From: an uncultured virus (IMG/VR IMGVR_UViG_3300047576_000059)
Taxonomy: Duplodnaviria; Heunggongvirae; Uroviricota; Caudoviricetes
DNA length: 64,000 nt
Virus record (IMG/VR): IMGVR_UViG_3300047576_000059
Direction: 5' to 3' (one strand)
The notes under the pieces are model-generated. The model searched no databases. It was not told the origin of the DNA and saw nothing but the letters and a program-made list of their open reading frames with translations. The translations under genes were made by a program, and so were the position numbers. Positions 20,563 through 29,802 of the stretch are shown piece by piece. Each line of letters opens with the position of its first letter. The first letter of the stretch is position 1.

Positions 20563-21270
20563 GTGATGAAGAATGATGTTTCCCCCAAGGCTATCCTGCA
20601 ACAAGTTCAGTTTCATGACCGATTGAACCCTCGGCTATGGCGAGACATTCGGTTACGTCCCGAAGTCAGATTGAAATTGGTTGAAGCGGCCATCGCGTTT
20701 TACAAGTTCCTCGACATCGACAGGCTGATCGTGAAGGATATCATTCTCACCGGCTCGAACGCCGCGTACAACTATACCGATCTTTCCGACATCGACATCC
20801 ATTTACTGGTTGACTTCGTCCATTCAACCTGTCCAGACCTCGCCTCCAATTTCTTCGATACCAAAAAAGCCCTGTGGTCGAAAACCTATGATGTAACAGT
20901 TCGAACACATGCCATAGAGCTTTATGTGGAGGACGTGGATGACCCTGTGGCGGCCAATGGCGTCTACTCAATCCTGCATAGCCATTGGATCAGAATCCCG
21001 TCCAGGACCCCTCCTAGGATATCTGACGAGGCCATCGTCAGCAAGACCGAAGAACTCGCCAGCGAGATCGACGCCGTGTTACGCCGACCGAGCATGTCCC
21101 GCATCAATCTGATGCTCGCCAAGTTGTACGATCTTCGCCAACATGGGCTGAGCAATGGCGGCGAATTTTCCACCGAGAACAGCGCGTTCAAAGCCCTGCG
21201 GGCATTGGGCTACATCGAAAAACTGCATGATCGCCGAACCAGGATCAGAGACAGTCAATTGTCGCTCTGA
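20563..21270 (+). CDS. Pol-beta superfamily nucleotidyltransferase-like phage protein
   Basis: ILTGSNAAYNYTDLSDIDIH (GS...DxD), third acidic motif IELYVED, C-terminal GGEFSTEN..FK.LR. Confidence 0.8.
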   Translation: MMKNDVSPKAILQQVQFHDRLNPRLWRDIRLRPEVRLKLVEAAIAFYKFLDIDRLIVKDIILTGSNAAYNYTDLSDIDIHLLVDFVHSTCPDLASNFFDTKKALWSKTYDVTVRTHAIELYVEDVDDPVAANGVYSILHSHWIRIPSRTPPRISDEAIVSKTEELASEIDAVLRRPSMSRINLMLAKLYDLRQHGLSNGGEFSTENSAFKALRALGYIEKLHDRRTRIRDSQLSL

Positions 21271-21296
21271 TCAGAACACCGCATCGTACATTCGGC

Positions 21297-21674
21297 TTGA
21301 CAGCCGCTCGAATCCAGATGAGGGTTTCGCCTCGCCTGAAGGGTTGGGGCATGACCGTCACGTCGATATGGGTGTTCTACAAGAATGACCTACCGCCTGG
21401 TTTCGGTTTCGGTTTCGGATTCGAAGACCCTGAAATCGTACCAGTGATCGTCGAGTTGCTGGAATCCGGCCTCACGACCTATGACAAGAATGCGAAACCA
21501 GGTGATGTCGAGCTTTTCTTCAGCCAGCTTGACGAACTCGCGCGTATAACGAAAACCATGAAACTCAGTAGCGAGAATGTCGTCATAGCCATGCAGATCG
21601 TGCATTGGCTGGAGCAACGTGGTTACATGCGACCCGATGAATACAATGGACTGCAAATCGTTCAGCAAATCTGA
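21297..21674 (+). CDS. Hypothetical protein (start uncertain)
   Basis: ORF filling the gap in a + strand operon. Confidence 0.6.
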   Translation: MTAARIQMRVSPRLKGWGMTVTSIWVFYKNDLPPGFGFGFGFEDPEIVPVIVELLESGLTTYDKNAKPGDVELFFSQLDELARITKTMKLSSENVVIAMQIVHWLEQRGYMRPDEYNGLQIVQQI

Positions 21675-21686
21675 CCGGAGTACCCC

Positions 21687-22073
21687 ATGTCCGAGACACT
21701 GGCTCCCCCCATCCGTACCCTTTCCTTCCTGACCGAGCATGGTGACAACACCTATGGCTGGGAGGCGAAGGATGATGAGTGGGTCATCCCGATGATCCAA
21801 CGAAAAATGGACGAAGGCTATGTGTTCTGGATCGTTCAGCGCAATCCGATGCGCGAGGTGAGGCTGCGACGCCCCGAAGAATCGCTCCGCGAACGGAGCA
21901 TCATCATCAAGGATAACGACGCCAGAATTCTGTTTGAACAAGGTCGCATTGGAGTCGTCTCGCAGACGCCAGAAGAAGACGCCGCGACTTCTGAACGCTT
22001 ACGACGCGCGACATCCGCCGTCGATGCCGCTGCCAATGACACGGTCGCGCATCGTCCACCAAGGGGCGGCTGA
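21687..22073 (+). CDS. Small protein with C-terminal di-glycine (…HRPPRGG)
   Basis: 128-aa ORF with GGAG SD; stop overlaps the next start (TGATG). Confidence 0.75.
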   Translation: MSETLAPPIRTLSFLTEHGDNTYGWEAKDDEWVIPMIQRKMDEGYVFWIVQRNPMREVRLRRPEESLRERSIIIKDNDARILFEQGRIGVVSQTPEEDAATSERLRRATSAVDAAANDTVAHRPPRGG

Positions 22074-22897
22074 TGCGCCCGCCAACCCTTCTCCCCAATC
22101 TGAGCAACCCCCCACGTGTCTCGGTGAGCATCGAGACACTTGATACCTCTGCCAGTGCAACGACACGCCATCCCTATCTGACCGACACGAACACGGGCAC
22201 TCTGTGTGAGGGGCCGCTGGGGCCATGCATCGTCCTGCCGGTCGCCACTGGTTACCCATGCGAGGGACCATTCGTCGCCACGTCGATGTGCAATGGCACC
22301 GATCTGCCCAGCTTATGGTGGTGGAACAACACCATCATTTCGACCTCACCATCGACCGTCACCTATGCCTCGTGGATTTACGTGGCGGAGAATCGAACCA
22401 TCTACGCGGTGAGGAATCTATCCGTCTCCACGCCAACACAGGTGCAAGGCATCGTGTTCACGCCGCCCAAGGCGAGGGGACGAATCACGGCGGCGGAAAT
22501 TCGCGCCGGTCGTCGGGCGGTGCGCCGGTCGATTGACATCTACAGCCGATTCCGAGGACTGGAGGAATTGCGTCGGTTCATTCGCGGCGACGCCATCGTT
22601 TACGAAGGGGAACAATACAACTATCACGTCAGAAAAACCATGAAAGTCCTGCAACACACGATGAACCCCGGCTCGTATCTGCATCCTTACACGTTCTTCG
22701 CTGCCGACAAGAAAACCGACAAGGAAGTGGCGCGGGGATGCATCTCAATCGCGGGCATCCCGGTGATCGATCAACTGCTGGCGCTGTCTTTTTACATCCA
22801 GGACCCAAAGGATGAACAAGACCTGATCAGGACGGTCAACTGGACGCCGCATCTGCCGAAATCGAGAGCCCGACCGGTCATACAGGAAGCGGCCTAA
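22073..22897 (+). CDS. Hypothetical protein, coupled partner of the GG-terminated protein
   Basis: 274 aa; C-terminal GCI...PVIDQLLAL...DEQDLIRTVN. Confidence 0.7.
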   Translation: MRPPTLLPNLSNPPRVSVSIETLDTSASATTRHPYLTDTNTGTLCEGPLGPCIVLPVATGYPCEGPFVATSMCNGTDLPSLWWWNNTIISTSPSTVTYASWIYVAENRTIYAVRNLSVSTPTQVQGIVFTPPKARGRITAAEIRAGRRAVRRSIDIYSRFRGLEELRRFIRGDAIVYEGEQYNYHVRKTMKVLQHTMNPGSYLHPYTFFAADKKTDKEVARGCISIAGIPVIDQLLALSFYIQDPKDEQDLIRTVNWTPHLPKSRARPVIQEAA

Positions 22898-23178
22898 TCC
22901 TCATCCTCATCCTTGTAATCTCGGACGATCCCTGTCGTCTTAATGCTGATGTAATCGGTCGCGCGAACCGTCAGGCGCTTCAATATTGCATTTGTATCCG
23001 CCTTCAATGCGTCATAGTCGATTTTGCCCGCCGCGTTGATCAGGTTCACGCCACGGTTTGACAACATGATGTCTATGTGACGCGAATCCTTCGAGACCCA
23101 TATGTTTTCAACACACCAATGTCCCTCGATGTCGAGGATGTCACCAACCATGATGTCGCAGGCTTTGCGCAGAATCAT
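22894..23178 (-). CDS. Hypothetical protein
   Basis: 94-aa ORF with ATGA overlap to the upstream gene. Confidence 0.6.
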   Translation of the reverse strand: MILRKACDIMVGDILDIEGHWCVENIWVSKDSRHIDIMLSNRGVNLINAAGKIDYDALKADTNAILKRLTVRATDYISIKTTGIVRDYKDEDED

Positions 23179-23630
23179 GGGAGTTTGATGATCTCGAAGG
23201 GCAGTACCGCGTCTTTCATGCGGTTGATGATGGCGGTCACCTCGGCTTGATCGCCTTTTTTCATGGCGGCGTCTAAATCGGCTTGCACTTGTTCGGGGTC
23301 CAGACCGCCCGCTTTCATGCGAGCCTCGATCATTTCAGTGGTTTGTTTCAATCTTTCTAGCGGGAGAATGCCAATGCCTTCGACCATCCGTTTTACAAAC
23401 TCAGCGGGAATGCCAACGGCCTCAGAGAAACCCTCGGCCATCATTTTCCCCAACCTCTGTTGTTCCTCTGTCGGAGGCTCCGCCCTCTGTTGTTCCCTGG
23501 CCGCTTCGCGGCGGGCCGCATGATCGACAAATTCTCTCATCAAGGCAGCGGCCTCACCGGCTTCCCTGGGGAATACCATCTCTCCTTCAAGGGACCGGAT
23601 GGCGAGCGTGAAAGCGGTTCTCATGTCCAT
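23175..23630 (-). CDS. Hypothetical helical protein
   Basis: 151-aa ORF with GAGGA SD. Confidence 0.65.
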   Translation of the reverse strand: MDMRTAFTLAIRSLEGEMVFPREAGEAAALMREFVDHAARREAAREQQRAEPPTEEQQRLGKMMAEGFSEAVGIPAEFVKRMVEGIGILPLERLKQTTEMIEARMKAGGLDPEQVQADLDAAMKKGDQAEVTAIINRMKDAVLPFEIIKLP

Positions 23631-23680
23631 GGGTTTTGTCCTCTATCCCATGAATATTCTAAGCAACCGATGAGAAATCG

Positions 23681-24241
23681 TCAATTGGACTCCACGGGGT
23701 TGAGTTCGAATCTGATGGTCGCCAGACGGGACAATTCCTCGGTGGAATACAATTCCATCAGGGCCTTGGTCTCGAAGTCGACGTGAGTAATCGCCGCGTG
23801 ACGGGTTTTCTCGGCGGCATCGACGAACGCCCGCGACATCTCATGCGACCAGCTATACGGGCGCAGAGCGACGATACGTTGATCAACGGTATTGACCAGG
23901 ATGATGACGCAAAACAAACCGATGCCTTCCGGCAGATCATCACGAAGTTTCGCCAGCTTGTCATCGGTGTATTCACTGGGGAATTTGCAGGCGGTATGGA
24001 ATACGTCGCCCCAGAATTTAAGCTCATCGTCGAGATAAAACCGCAGGGTCATCCAGGCGGTGAATGCGTTGGCTCCGAAATTATGAACCACAGAGCCTTG
24101 TTGGATCGCCGCCAATTCTTCAGCGGTAGGATCAGCGATGCCAATCGTGATCGTCAACGGATTCGTGTCACCACTGATCCTCAGACCTTCATGCGCATGA
24201 TCCGGAGAACGCGCGCCGAGGGATAATATTGTCGCGCTCAT
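23681..24241 (-). CDS. Hypothetical protein
   Basis: ORF starting MSATILSLG, coupled by ATGA to the upstream gene. Confidence 0.65.
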   Translation of the reverse strand: MSATILSLGARSPDHAHEGLRISGDTNPLTITIGIADPTAEELAAIQQGSVVHNFGANAFTAWMTLRFYLDDELKFWGDVFHTACKFPSEYTDDKLAKLRDDLPEGIGLFCVIILVNTVDQRIVALRPYSWSHEMSRAFVDAAEKTRHAAITHVDFETKALMELYSTEELSRLATIRFELNPVESN

Positions 24242-24453
24242 ACCTTCACGGCCAACCAATCGCGGTGCAGTTCGGTGACATTACGCATGTCCATGCTATA
24301 TCCGGCCTGCCAGCAATAGGCGTGGAAAGAATGCTGCGAGTACGGATTGATCACGGGACTGCGATTGCCGTTGCTGACGCTCACGCGTGCGGCTCGACCC
24401 CGGCTGCGCGCCTGAATGGCGTCGGCTTCCTGGAGTGTGGTCAGTCGGTTCAT
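24238..24453 (-). CDS. Small hypothetical early protein
   Basis: 71 aa; preceded on the minus strand by TTGACA-N16-TAGAAG. Confidence 0.55.
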   Translation of the reverse strand: MNRLTTLQEADAIQARSRGRAARVSVSNGNRSPVINPYSQHSFHAYCWQAGYSMDMRNVTELHRDWLAVKV

Positions 24454-24626
24454 GATTGTTCTTCTATCTCATGCTTTGTCATTGTCAAGGTTCGGACGTA
24501 TGGAGAACCCTTTGTAGAAAATCTGTTACCATTTTGTTCATGGAGAACACAACGGGAACAGAGTCTGGTCTTGACAAAAATTCACTACTGCTCGATGAGG
24601 TCACCATCAGGAGAAGGAGAATTCAC

Positions 24627-24968
24627 ATGGCGCGAACCACCGCGAATCAGGTGCTTCTCAGCATCGCCGATATTCCCATGGCGTATGGAGCCACCGTTTT
24701 TGATGACTTATGCAAAAAACTGGGGCCAAGCAGGTGGTGGGGCATCGCACCCGAATGGCGCATAGCCGTGGCCACGATCCACATCAGAGCGGAAGCTCTG
24801 GAAGCACAGGGATTGATTCGGTCAGAATGGTCTGAACCTCTCCCAGACCGAGGCAATCGGCGGCGGAGGTACTATTTTCTCACCGAGGCCGGTGAAGCGA
24901 GAGTGGCTCAGATACGGGCCGAGCAAGCGAAGAAAACACCCGGTGTTATGGAATTTGTCGCGGCTTAG
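24627..24968 (+). CDS. PadR-family winged-helix transcriptional regulator
   Basis: AGGAG SD; YG...; LEAQGLIRSEW...RRRRYYFLTEAG PadR signature. Confidence 0.8.
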   Translation: MARTTANQVLLSIADIPMAYGATVFDDLCKKLGPSRWWGIAPEWRIAVATIHIRAEALEAQGLIRSEWSEPLPDRGNRRRRYYFLTEAGEARVAQIRAEQAKKTPGVMEFVAA

Positions 24969-25744
24969 GAGGTGATCTCAGCGAGAAGTTCGCCGTTCTT
25001 CTTCAGGTCATCCACCAAATCCGGTTCGGTGATTTTTCTCATGCCAGGGTTCGACGTGCGCTGAATGGTGGACTGCTGACCCTTTAGCGTCCACATCGCG
25101 TCCGCGATCACCCAGAACGAAACGCCTTTGTGATACTTGCCGTAGTAACTGAATTTCGCCTTGAAGGCATCGAGATCGGCGCGCAGCAACGCCGCGCTGA
25201 CCATGGCATAGGCGTATGTCCCGTCCTTGACCGCGATGAGCACCACGCCATAGGACTTCACCTTGTCTGGTTCGGATAGCTCCAGTCCCGCCACGTTATC
25301 GCGCAACGGTACCACGAAACCAACGACTTTTGAACAGCGTCTGACTTGCTCAAGAAATTTAACGCCGTGACCCTCTCCCATCATCTCATTGGTGGCAAAC
25401 CAAACATGGATCATTTCATGGATCAGGAGTCCATCCAGAACCTGCTCGGATTTCTTGAATATTGGCGAAAGATACAAGGTGATGGACTCCGGAACGACAT
25501 CCCAGTTGGCGTATTTGTCGACGCGGCCCAACCGAACCATCATGGGATTTGGCGGCGGCCTGTTCGTCAACCGCTTCTGGAAATAGACCATGCCACCGGC
25601 CCCCTTCATCTTCTTCCAGGAGATCGGGATGTCAGGCAGTATGCCATCGAACAACAGATGGTTGTAATGCGCATACTTGGTCCGAAGGTCGTAGGTATCA
25701 ACGGATTCGCACAACTTCATCCAACGTCTTATATCACGATCCAT
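24965..25744 (-). CDS. SprT-like zinc metalloprotease with N-terminal leader MDRDIRRWMKLCE
   Basis: YNHLLFDG.LP, KMKGAGG, LLIHEMIHVW, HG..F. Confidence 0.82.
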   Translation of the reverse strand: MDRDIRRWMKLCESVDTYDLRTKYAHYNHLLFDGILPDIPISWKKMKGAGGMVYFQKRLTNRPPPNPMMVRLGRVDKYANWDVVPESITLYLSPIFKKSEQVLDGLLIHEMIHVWFATNEMMGEGHGVKFLEQVRRCSKVVGFVVPLRDNVAGLELSEPDKVKSYGVVLIAVKDGTYAYAMVSAALLRADLDAFKAKFSYYGKYHKGVSFWVIADAMWTLKGQQSTIQRTSNPGMRKITEPDLVDDLKKNGELLAEITS

Positions 25745-26306
25745 CATCAACCACATCCTTGTTGCCATCGAACGTGCGCTTCGAAAGATCGATGATCTGG
25801 CGTTTGATGATCTTGATCTGAGACGCGTGGAACGGAACGATGGCGGGAAATTTGCCGATCCCTTCTTCCACCAGCATGCCGTCATAAGGCGTCTCGTGGT
25901 CAGTCCGCGTGAAATAACGGTACAACCAGTCCGCGTCCACGAACGACACGTACTGTCCGGCTGCAAGCTCGGCCAGCGATGGTTTGCCATATTTCGCGCG
26001 CAACCTGTTCATGTACGGAACAAATTGAGTGTTGTAGAAGTTGCGGGCCTCGGGGTCGTTCTTGGTGTCGAACATGTGCCTGATGTCCAGTTCGACCGTG
26101 AGCAGGTAGTTACGCATCTTCTTGGGTTTGTCGATTAACGAAATGGGCGTTTTCCCGCCACTGTAGACTTCCGCATATGCCTTGTCCTGGGTGAAGTAAT
26201 GCGGCGAGACGAAAGCCTGTGAAAATTGCTCGATCCGCGAGCCTGTGCCGTGATACGCGATGATCTTCGCCTCGCACAACATCATCCATTCCCTCAATCG
26301 GTTCAT
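25734..26306 (-). CDS. ADP-ribosyltransferase-fold protein with leader MNRLREWMMLCE
   Basis: AYHGT...YFT.DKAYAEVY...YDG...F...QIK pattern of polyvalent-protein ART domains. Confidence 0.65.
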   Translation of the reverse strand: MNRLREWMMLCEAKIIAYHGTGSRIEQFSQAFVSPHYFTQDKAYAEVYSGGKTPISLIDKPKKMRNYLLTVELDIRHMFDTKNDPEARNFYNTQFVPYMNRLRAKYGKPSLAELAAGQYVSFVDADWLYRYFTRTDHETPYDGMLVEEGIGKFPAIVPFHASQIKIIKRQIIDLSKRTFDGNKDVVDDGS

Positions 26307-26353
26307 GCGTCAACCTCACAGCCGAGTGTCATCCAGTTCCTGATCTGATTCAT
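26303..26353 (-). CDS. 16-aa mini-ORF MNQIRNWMTLGCEVDA (leader-only peptide)
   Basis: Follows a minus-strand TAAATA (26359-26364); its TGA overlaps the ATG of the ART gene; resembles the neighbouring leaders. Confidence 0.5.
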   Translation of the reverse strand: MNQIRNWMTLGCEVDA

Positions 26354-26421
26354 ACGACTATTTACATCGCCAGGGCATCCACTTAGGATACCTGACCTCG
26401 GCAGGATAATGGAGAACTGTC

Positions 26422-26808
26422 ATGAGCACCACCACATTCGAGTTCGTTGGCCCGCAGCCAAACGCCCGTCGCTCTCGACCAGTCTTATGGGTTCTGCTGG
26501 TGGTCTTCGTGCTCATCACTGTTAGGATCGCCATCTTCATCGAAGGTTTGTGGGATGATGTCGGCATCATCAAGAGGCTGACCATGAGCCCCGCCGAAAT
26601 CGCCGAAATGCAGGCCGACCGGGTGATGCTCACGCAAGTGCATTTCTTCCATCAGGTCTACGACCTGAGCGGCATCCATTATGACTACACCGTGGGCTGT
26701 CCCATCGCCTCCATGAGTACCGCCGATAGAGCCCGCTGGGTGAGTTTCGCGGCCCGCCATGGCTGGGGACCGTATCCCGCCGCTGGCGATCTTTGTGTCG
26801 ATCCCTGA
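26422..26808 (+). CDS. Hypothetical membrane-anchored protein
   Basis: GGAG SD; one hydrophobic segment VLWVLLVVFVLITVRIAIFI. Confidence 0.6.
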   Translation: MSTTTFEFVGPQPNARRSRPVLWVLLVVFVLITVRIAIFIEGLWDDVGIIKRLTMSPAEIAEMQADRVMLTQVHFFHQVYDLSGIHYDYTVGCPIASMSTADRARWVSFAARHGWGPYPAAGDLCVDP

Positions 26809-27071
26809 TGCCGATTGTCAGCGAAGCGGTGCTGGAATTCGCCAGGGATCGCTTTCGCGATCTGATGGAGAATTTGCTGGACGACCCCTCGAACCTCCTG
26901 CATCCTTTGCGTGACCTTGAGCCGGTCGAGGAACTGAAAATCTTGCGTGATCTGGCCGCTGACCTCGGGCTCGATTATGAGGCGCTGGTGGCAGAGGGAA
27001 CGCCGTACGAAATCAAGCGACTGGCCGAGATCGAAGCGGGCATCCACAAACCGGCTCCACGACAATCGTAA
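26808..27071 (+). CDS. Hypothetical protein
   Basis: TGATG-coupled ORF starting MPIVSEAVLEF. Confidence 0.6.
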   Translation: MPIVSEAVLEFARDRFRDLMENLLDDPSNLLHPLRDLEPVEELKILRDLAADLGLDYEALVAEGTPYEIKRLAEIEAGIHKPAPRQS

Positions 27072-27080
27072 GGATACGCC

Positions 27081-27398
27081 ATGGTAAGCAAGGCAGTGGA
27101 ATTCATCGCCACGCATAAATTCAGCTATCTCAAATCGGATGGCACCAAGGTAGAATGGCAGCAAGAGAACGAGAACGCGGCGACCAGCAAAGAACAAGCC
27201 GTTGGCATGATCCAACGCGCGATTGACTTCTGGGTGCCTTACATCGCGGGCCAACTCCACCGCCAGAAAAAAATTTCAATCCAAAACGCGAAGGTCATGG
27301 CGGATCAGAGCGTTCGCAAGAACATCACACTTACTCTCTCACAGACCTTTCCACGACGGTGGGGCATCACCCTCCAGGACTTGACATTCCCGACCTGA
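27081..27398 (+). CDS. Hypothetical protein
   Basis: 105 aa with AAGGA SD. Confidence 0.6.
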   Translation: MVSKAVEFIATHKFSYLKSDGTKVEWQQENENAATSKEQAVGMIQRAIDFWVPYIAGQLHRQKKISIQNAKVMADQSVRKNITLTLSQTFPRRWGITLQDLTFPT

Positions 27399-27733
27399 CC
27401 ATCCTCTGGCGTCCGGTTGGCGCACTGGAGCTTGAATTAATCAAGGCTGCCGACATGCGCGCGTTTCCACCGAGATTACCAGAACAACCGATCTTCTATC
27501 CGGTGCTCACCCAGGAGTATGCGACGAAGATCGCCCGCGACTGGAACGCGTCGCGCGGCGGCGGTTATGTCCTGCGATTCAAGGTGCGGAACGATTTTAT
27601 CGATGCTTATGAAATCCACGACGTGGGCGGGCAAGCGCATCGGGAATACTGGATACCTGCGGATGATCTGGAAGCGTTCAACGCCGCCATCATGGGCGAG
27701 ATCGAGATCGTCGCGGAGTTTAAACAGGACTGA
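27359..27733 (+). CDS. Conserved small protein, possible ART-like fold (start uncertain)
   Basis: LWRPVG..EL.LI...FPPRLPEQPIFYPVL.QEYA.KIARDWN...VGG..H.EYWIPA family pattern, recognised by eye. Confidence 0.65.
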   Translation: MGHHPPGLDIPDLTILWRPVGALELELIKAADMRAFPPRLPEQPIFYPVLTQEYATKIARDWNASRGGGYVLRFKVRNDFIDAYEIHDVGGQAHREYWIPADDLEAFNAAIMGEIEIVAEFKQD

Positions 27734-27876
27734 TGCGAAGGGTAAGCCTTCGATATTCCGAAGAGAATGCCGGTGACAAGGATACACGACATGAATATCG
27801 CGCTCCACCAGAGGAAGGTTTGTCTCGATGTACCCCACGGCCAGTAGTGGGTCGTTTTATCATTCCACCAGTTCAT
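27607..27876 (-). CDS. Possible small membrane protein
   Basis: Trp-rich N-terminus and one hydrophobic helix; overlaps the convergent gene. Confidence 0.35.
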   Translation of the reverse strand: MNWWNDKTTHYWPWGTSRQTFLWWSAIFMSCILVTGILFGISKAYPSHQSCLNSATISISPMMAALNASRSSAGIQYSRCACPPTSWIS

Positions 27877-27970
27877 CGTGCCCTCACGTAAGTGATATGA
27901 AGTGGTTGCTGATCGTGGGGGAGATTTTCATACTGGCGGCTTTGGCCGAGGCTTTTGGTCGCCCCGATTA

Positions 27971-28318
27971 TTAGCTGATCCTCGAAATCGGCGAGATGTT
28001 CGTGACACCCATGATTTTCACCAGGTCCTCGACCGTCTTGAATGCCAGCTTTTTGTCCCTCTTGCGCGCGATGCAATAGAAATTTTCGCCGCCCCCATTC
28101 GGTTGTCCAGCGATTATGAGAAACCCTTTGCCTTCGCCAAGGATTTTCATCTGTTCTGGTTCGAGATGCCGATTCACGATGAACAACAATTCCCCCCTTG
28201 GGAGATCGCGCATGGAGGCGCGCAATATGGCGAAATCCTCGGCGGAATACATCTGCGGCTTATCCATGACCCCGATTGTACGCGGGAACCAAAGCATGTT
28301 CAACGGGATTTTTGTCAT
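27971..28318 (-). CDS. Hypothetical protein
   Basis: 115-aa ORF. Confidence 0.55.
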   Translation of the reverse strand: MTKIPLNMLWFPRTIGVMDKPQMYSAEDFAILRASMRDLPRGELLFIVNRHLEPEQMKILGEGKGFLIIAGQPNGGGENFYCIARKRDKKLAFKTVEDLVKIMGVTNISPISRIS

Positions 28319-28383
28319 CCTTGACCGGACAAACGGGTCATGTCATGGTCATATCACTCGATCATCATAGGGAGTTATCCACA

Positions 28384-28851
28384 ATGCCACGCGACGTTGG
28401 TAACACGACACTCCTGTTGAAAAGTCCGTTCACTGCGTGGGACAGACTGGGGATCATTCCGGTTCCCGAAGATTTCGTCAAGCAATACAAGAAGGACTAT
28501 CGCGCCAAGCGCGGCTACAGCGTGGGCAGTCGCTGGCTGACGGTACGTTTCAATCCCAAGACCTGGGACCTCAAGACGTTCCTGCGCGAGGGTCTCCGCA
28601 ATCGTGGGGATAATAGCCATTACGTCGGCGCGTTCGTCACCGACAAAACCGCCGCGCCCAAGAAATTGGTCGCCTTGGCGTTGCACGTTCAAGAGCACTT
28701 CCCCGATGCGAAATTCGAGACCCATTGTTATCAACACGATCCGGTCCTGTATGCCACGCTCGATGGACAGAAGGGCTGTCTCGGCATCTGGGACAACGGC
28801 GAACTGATCGCCTGCGCAGCCAAAGTGAGGAGTTACAAACATGCCGCGTGA
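28384..28851 (+). CDS. Hypothetical protein, tandem paralog A
   Basis: GGGAG SD; MPRDV..TLLL.SPF.AW.RLG.IPV...ATLDGQKGCLGIWD shared with the next gene. Confidence 0.75.
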   Translation: MPRDVGNTTLLLKSPFTAWDRLGIIPVPEDFVKQYKKDYRAKRGYSVGSRWLTVRFNPKTWDLKTFLREGLRNRGDNSHYVGAFVTDKTAAPKKLVALALHVQEHFPDAKFETHCYQHDPVLYATLDGQKGCLGIWDNGELIACAAKVRSYKHAA

Positions 28852-29290
28852 TGTTGAGACGACACTGCTGCTTGACAGTCCCTTTGATGCCTGGACGAGG
28901 CTGGGCCTCATTCCGGTTTCGCCGGAGTTCGTCAAACAGCACAAAAGGGACTTTCGCGAGAAGCACTCCAGACCCGGCCACGGTGATCGGTGGCGTATAA
29001 CCAAATACAAGGGTGAGAACCTTGATCATGCTCTCGCCACCTACTCCGTGATCGTGAGAACCTTCGACAGTTTCTCGTGCAGACATGACCATGCACGGGT
29101 AGCGAACCCAGCGCCAAGGGAATTGGTCGATCTCGCGCTACGTGTCCTGGAGCAGCACCCAGAGGCGAAGTTCGATGTGGAGAGATTTCACCTCGATCCA
29201 ATCCTCAACGCCACCCTTGACGGCCAGAAGGGCTGCCTCGGCATCTGGGACATGGGTGAATTGATCGCCATCGCCACCAAGATTGTCTGA
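28841..29290 (+). CDS. Hypothetical protein, tandem paralog B
   Basis: Paralog of 28384-28851. Confidence 0.75.
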   Translation: MPRDVETTLLLDSPFDAWTRLGLIPVSPEFVKQHKRDFREKHSRPGHGDRWRITKYKGENLDHALATYSVIVRTFDSFSCRHDHARVANPAPRELVDLALRVLEQHPEAKFDVERFHLDPILNATLDGQKGCLGIWDMGELIAIATKIV

Positions 29291-29311
29291 TCGGCTATCG
29301 GGCATGGAAAC

Positions 29312-29584
29312 ATGCCCGAAGCTGCCCCTCAGATGACTCTACGACTGTTCCCAGGCTATCGCGGGGTCCATACGCGGGATGAGGCACCAGGTGCCATGCG
29401 GAACGGCACTCGCGTCTACAAGATAGCCTCCGAGCCAGGAGACAAGCATCGGGATGGCGCGTTGGCGACCGTGCTTGGTTCAATCCATGATCCCGATTTG
29501 GGCTACGGCTATTTCGTCGAATGGGATGATCTGCCCAAGCAAGCCGTCGCCATAACCGAGGGCCGGTGTCGTGCTCTTCAATGA
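29312..29584 (+). CDS. Hypothetical phage protein
   Basis: 90 aa; NGTRVYK..SEPGD.H.DG...YFVEWD. Confidence 0.6.
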   Translation: MPEAAPQMTLRLFPGYRGVHTRDEAPGAMRNGTRVYKIASEPGDKHRDGALATVLGSIHDPDLGYGYFVEWDDLPKQAVAITEGRCRALQ

Positions 29585-29802
29585 ATTGATCGCGAAGATT
29601 CCAGTTCGTATTGCGTATTCATCAGGCGAATAACCAGCTTAACCAAGGTTTCCCAGTATTCTGGTTTGATGTCCCGCGTGACATTTTTCGCGATTAACGC
29701 GGCGAACGTGCACATCAAATCAGCGAGGGTTGGCTCGTGCTTGTGAAGAACCACACTGAGGTCAGTGGTCAATAACGCGCATTTCTTTGGATCGGTTACC
29801 AT
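29578..29802 (-). CDS. Hypothetical protein
   Basis: 74-aa ORF. Confidence 0.45.
   Translation of the reverse strand: MVTDPKKCALLTTDLSVVLHKHEPTLADLMCTFAALIAKNVTRDIKPEYWETLVKLVIRLMNTQYELESSRSIH

Noticed and set aside
24965..25990. 341-aa version of the SprT ORF
   Set aside because: The extra N-terminus overlaps the upstream ART gene; the start at 25744/25747 gives the shared leader motif
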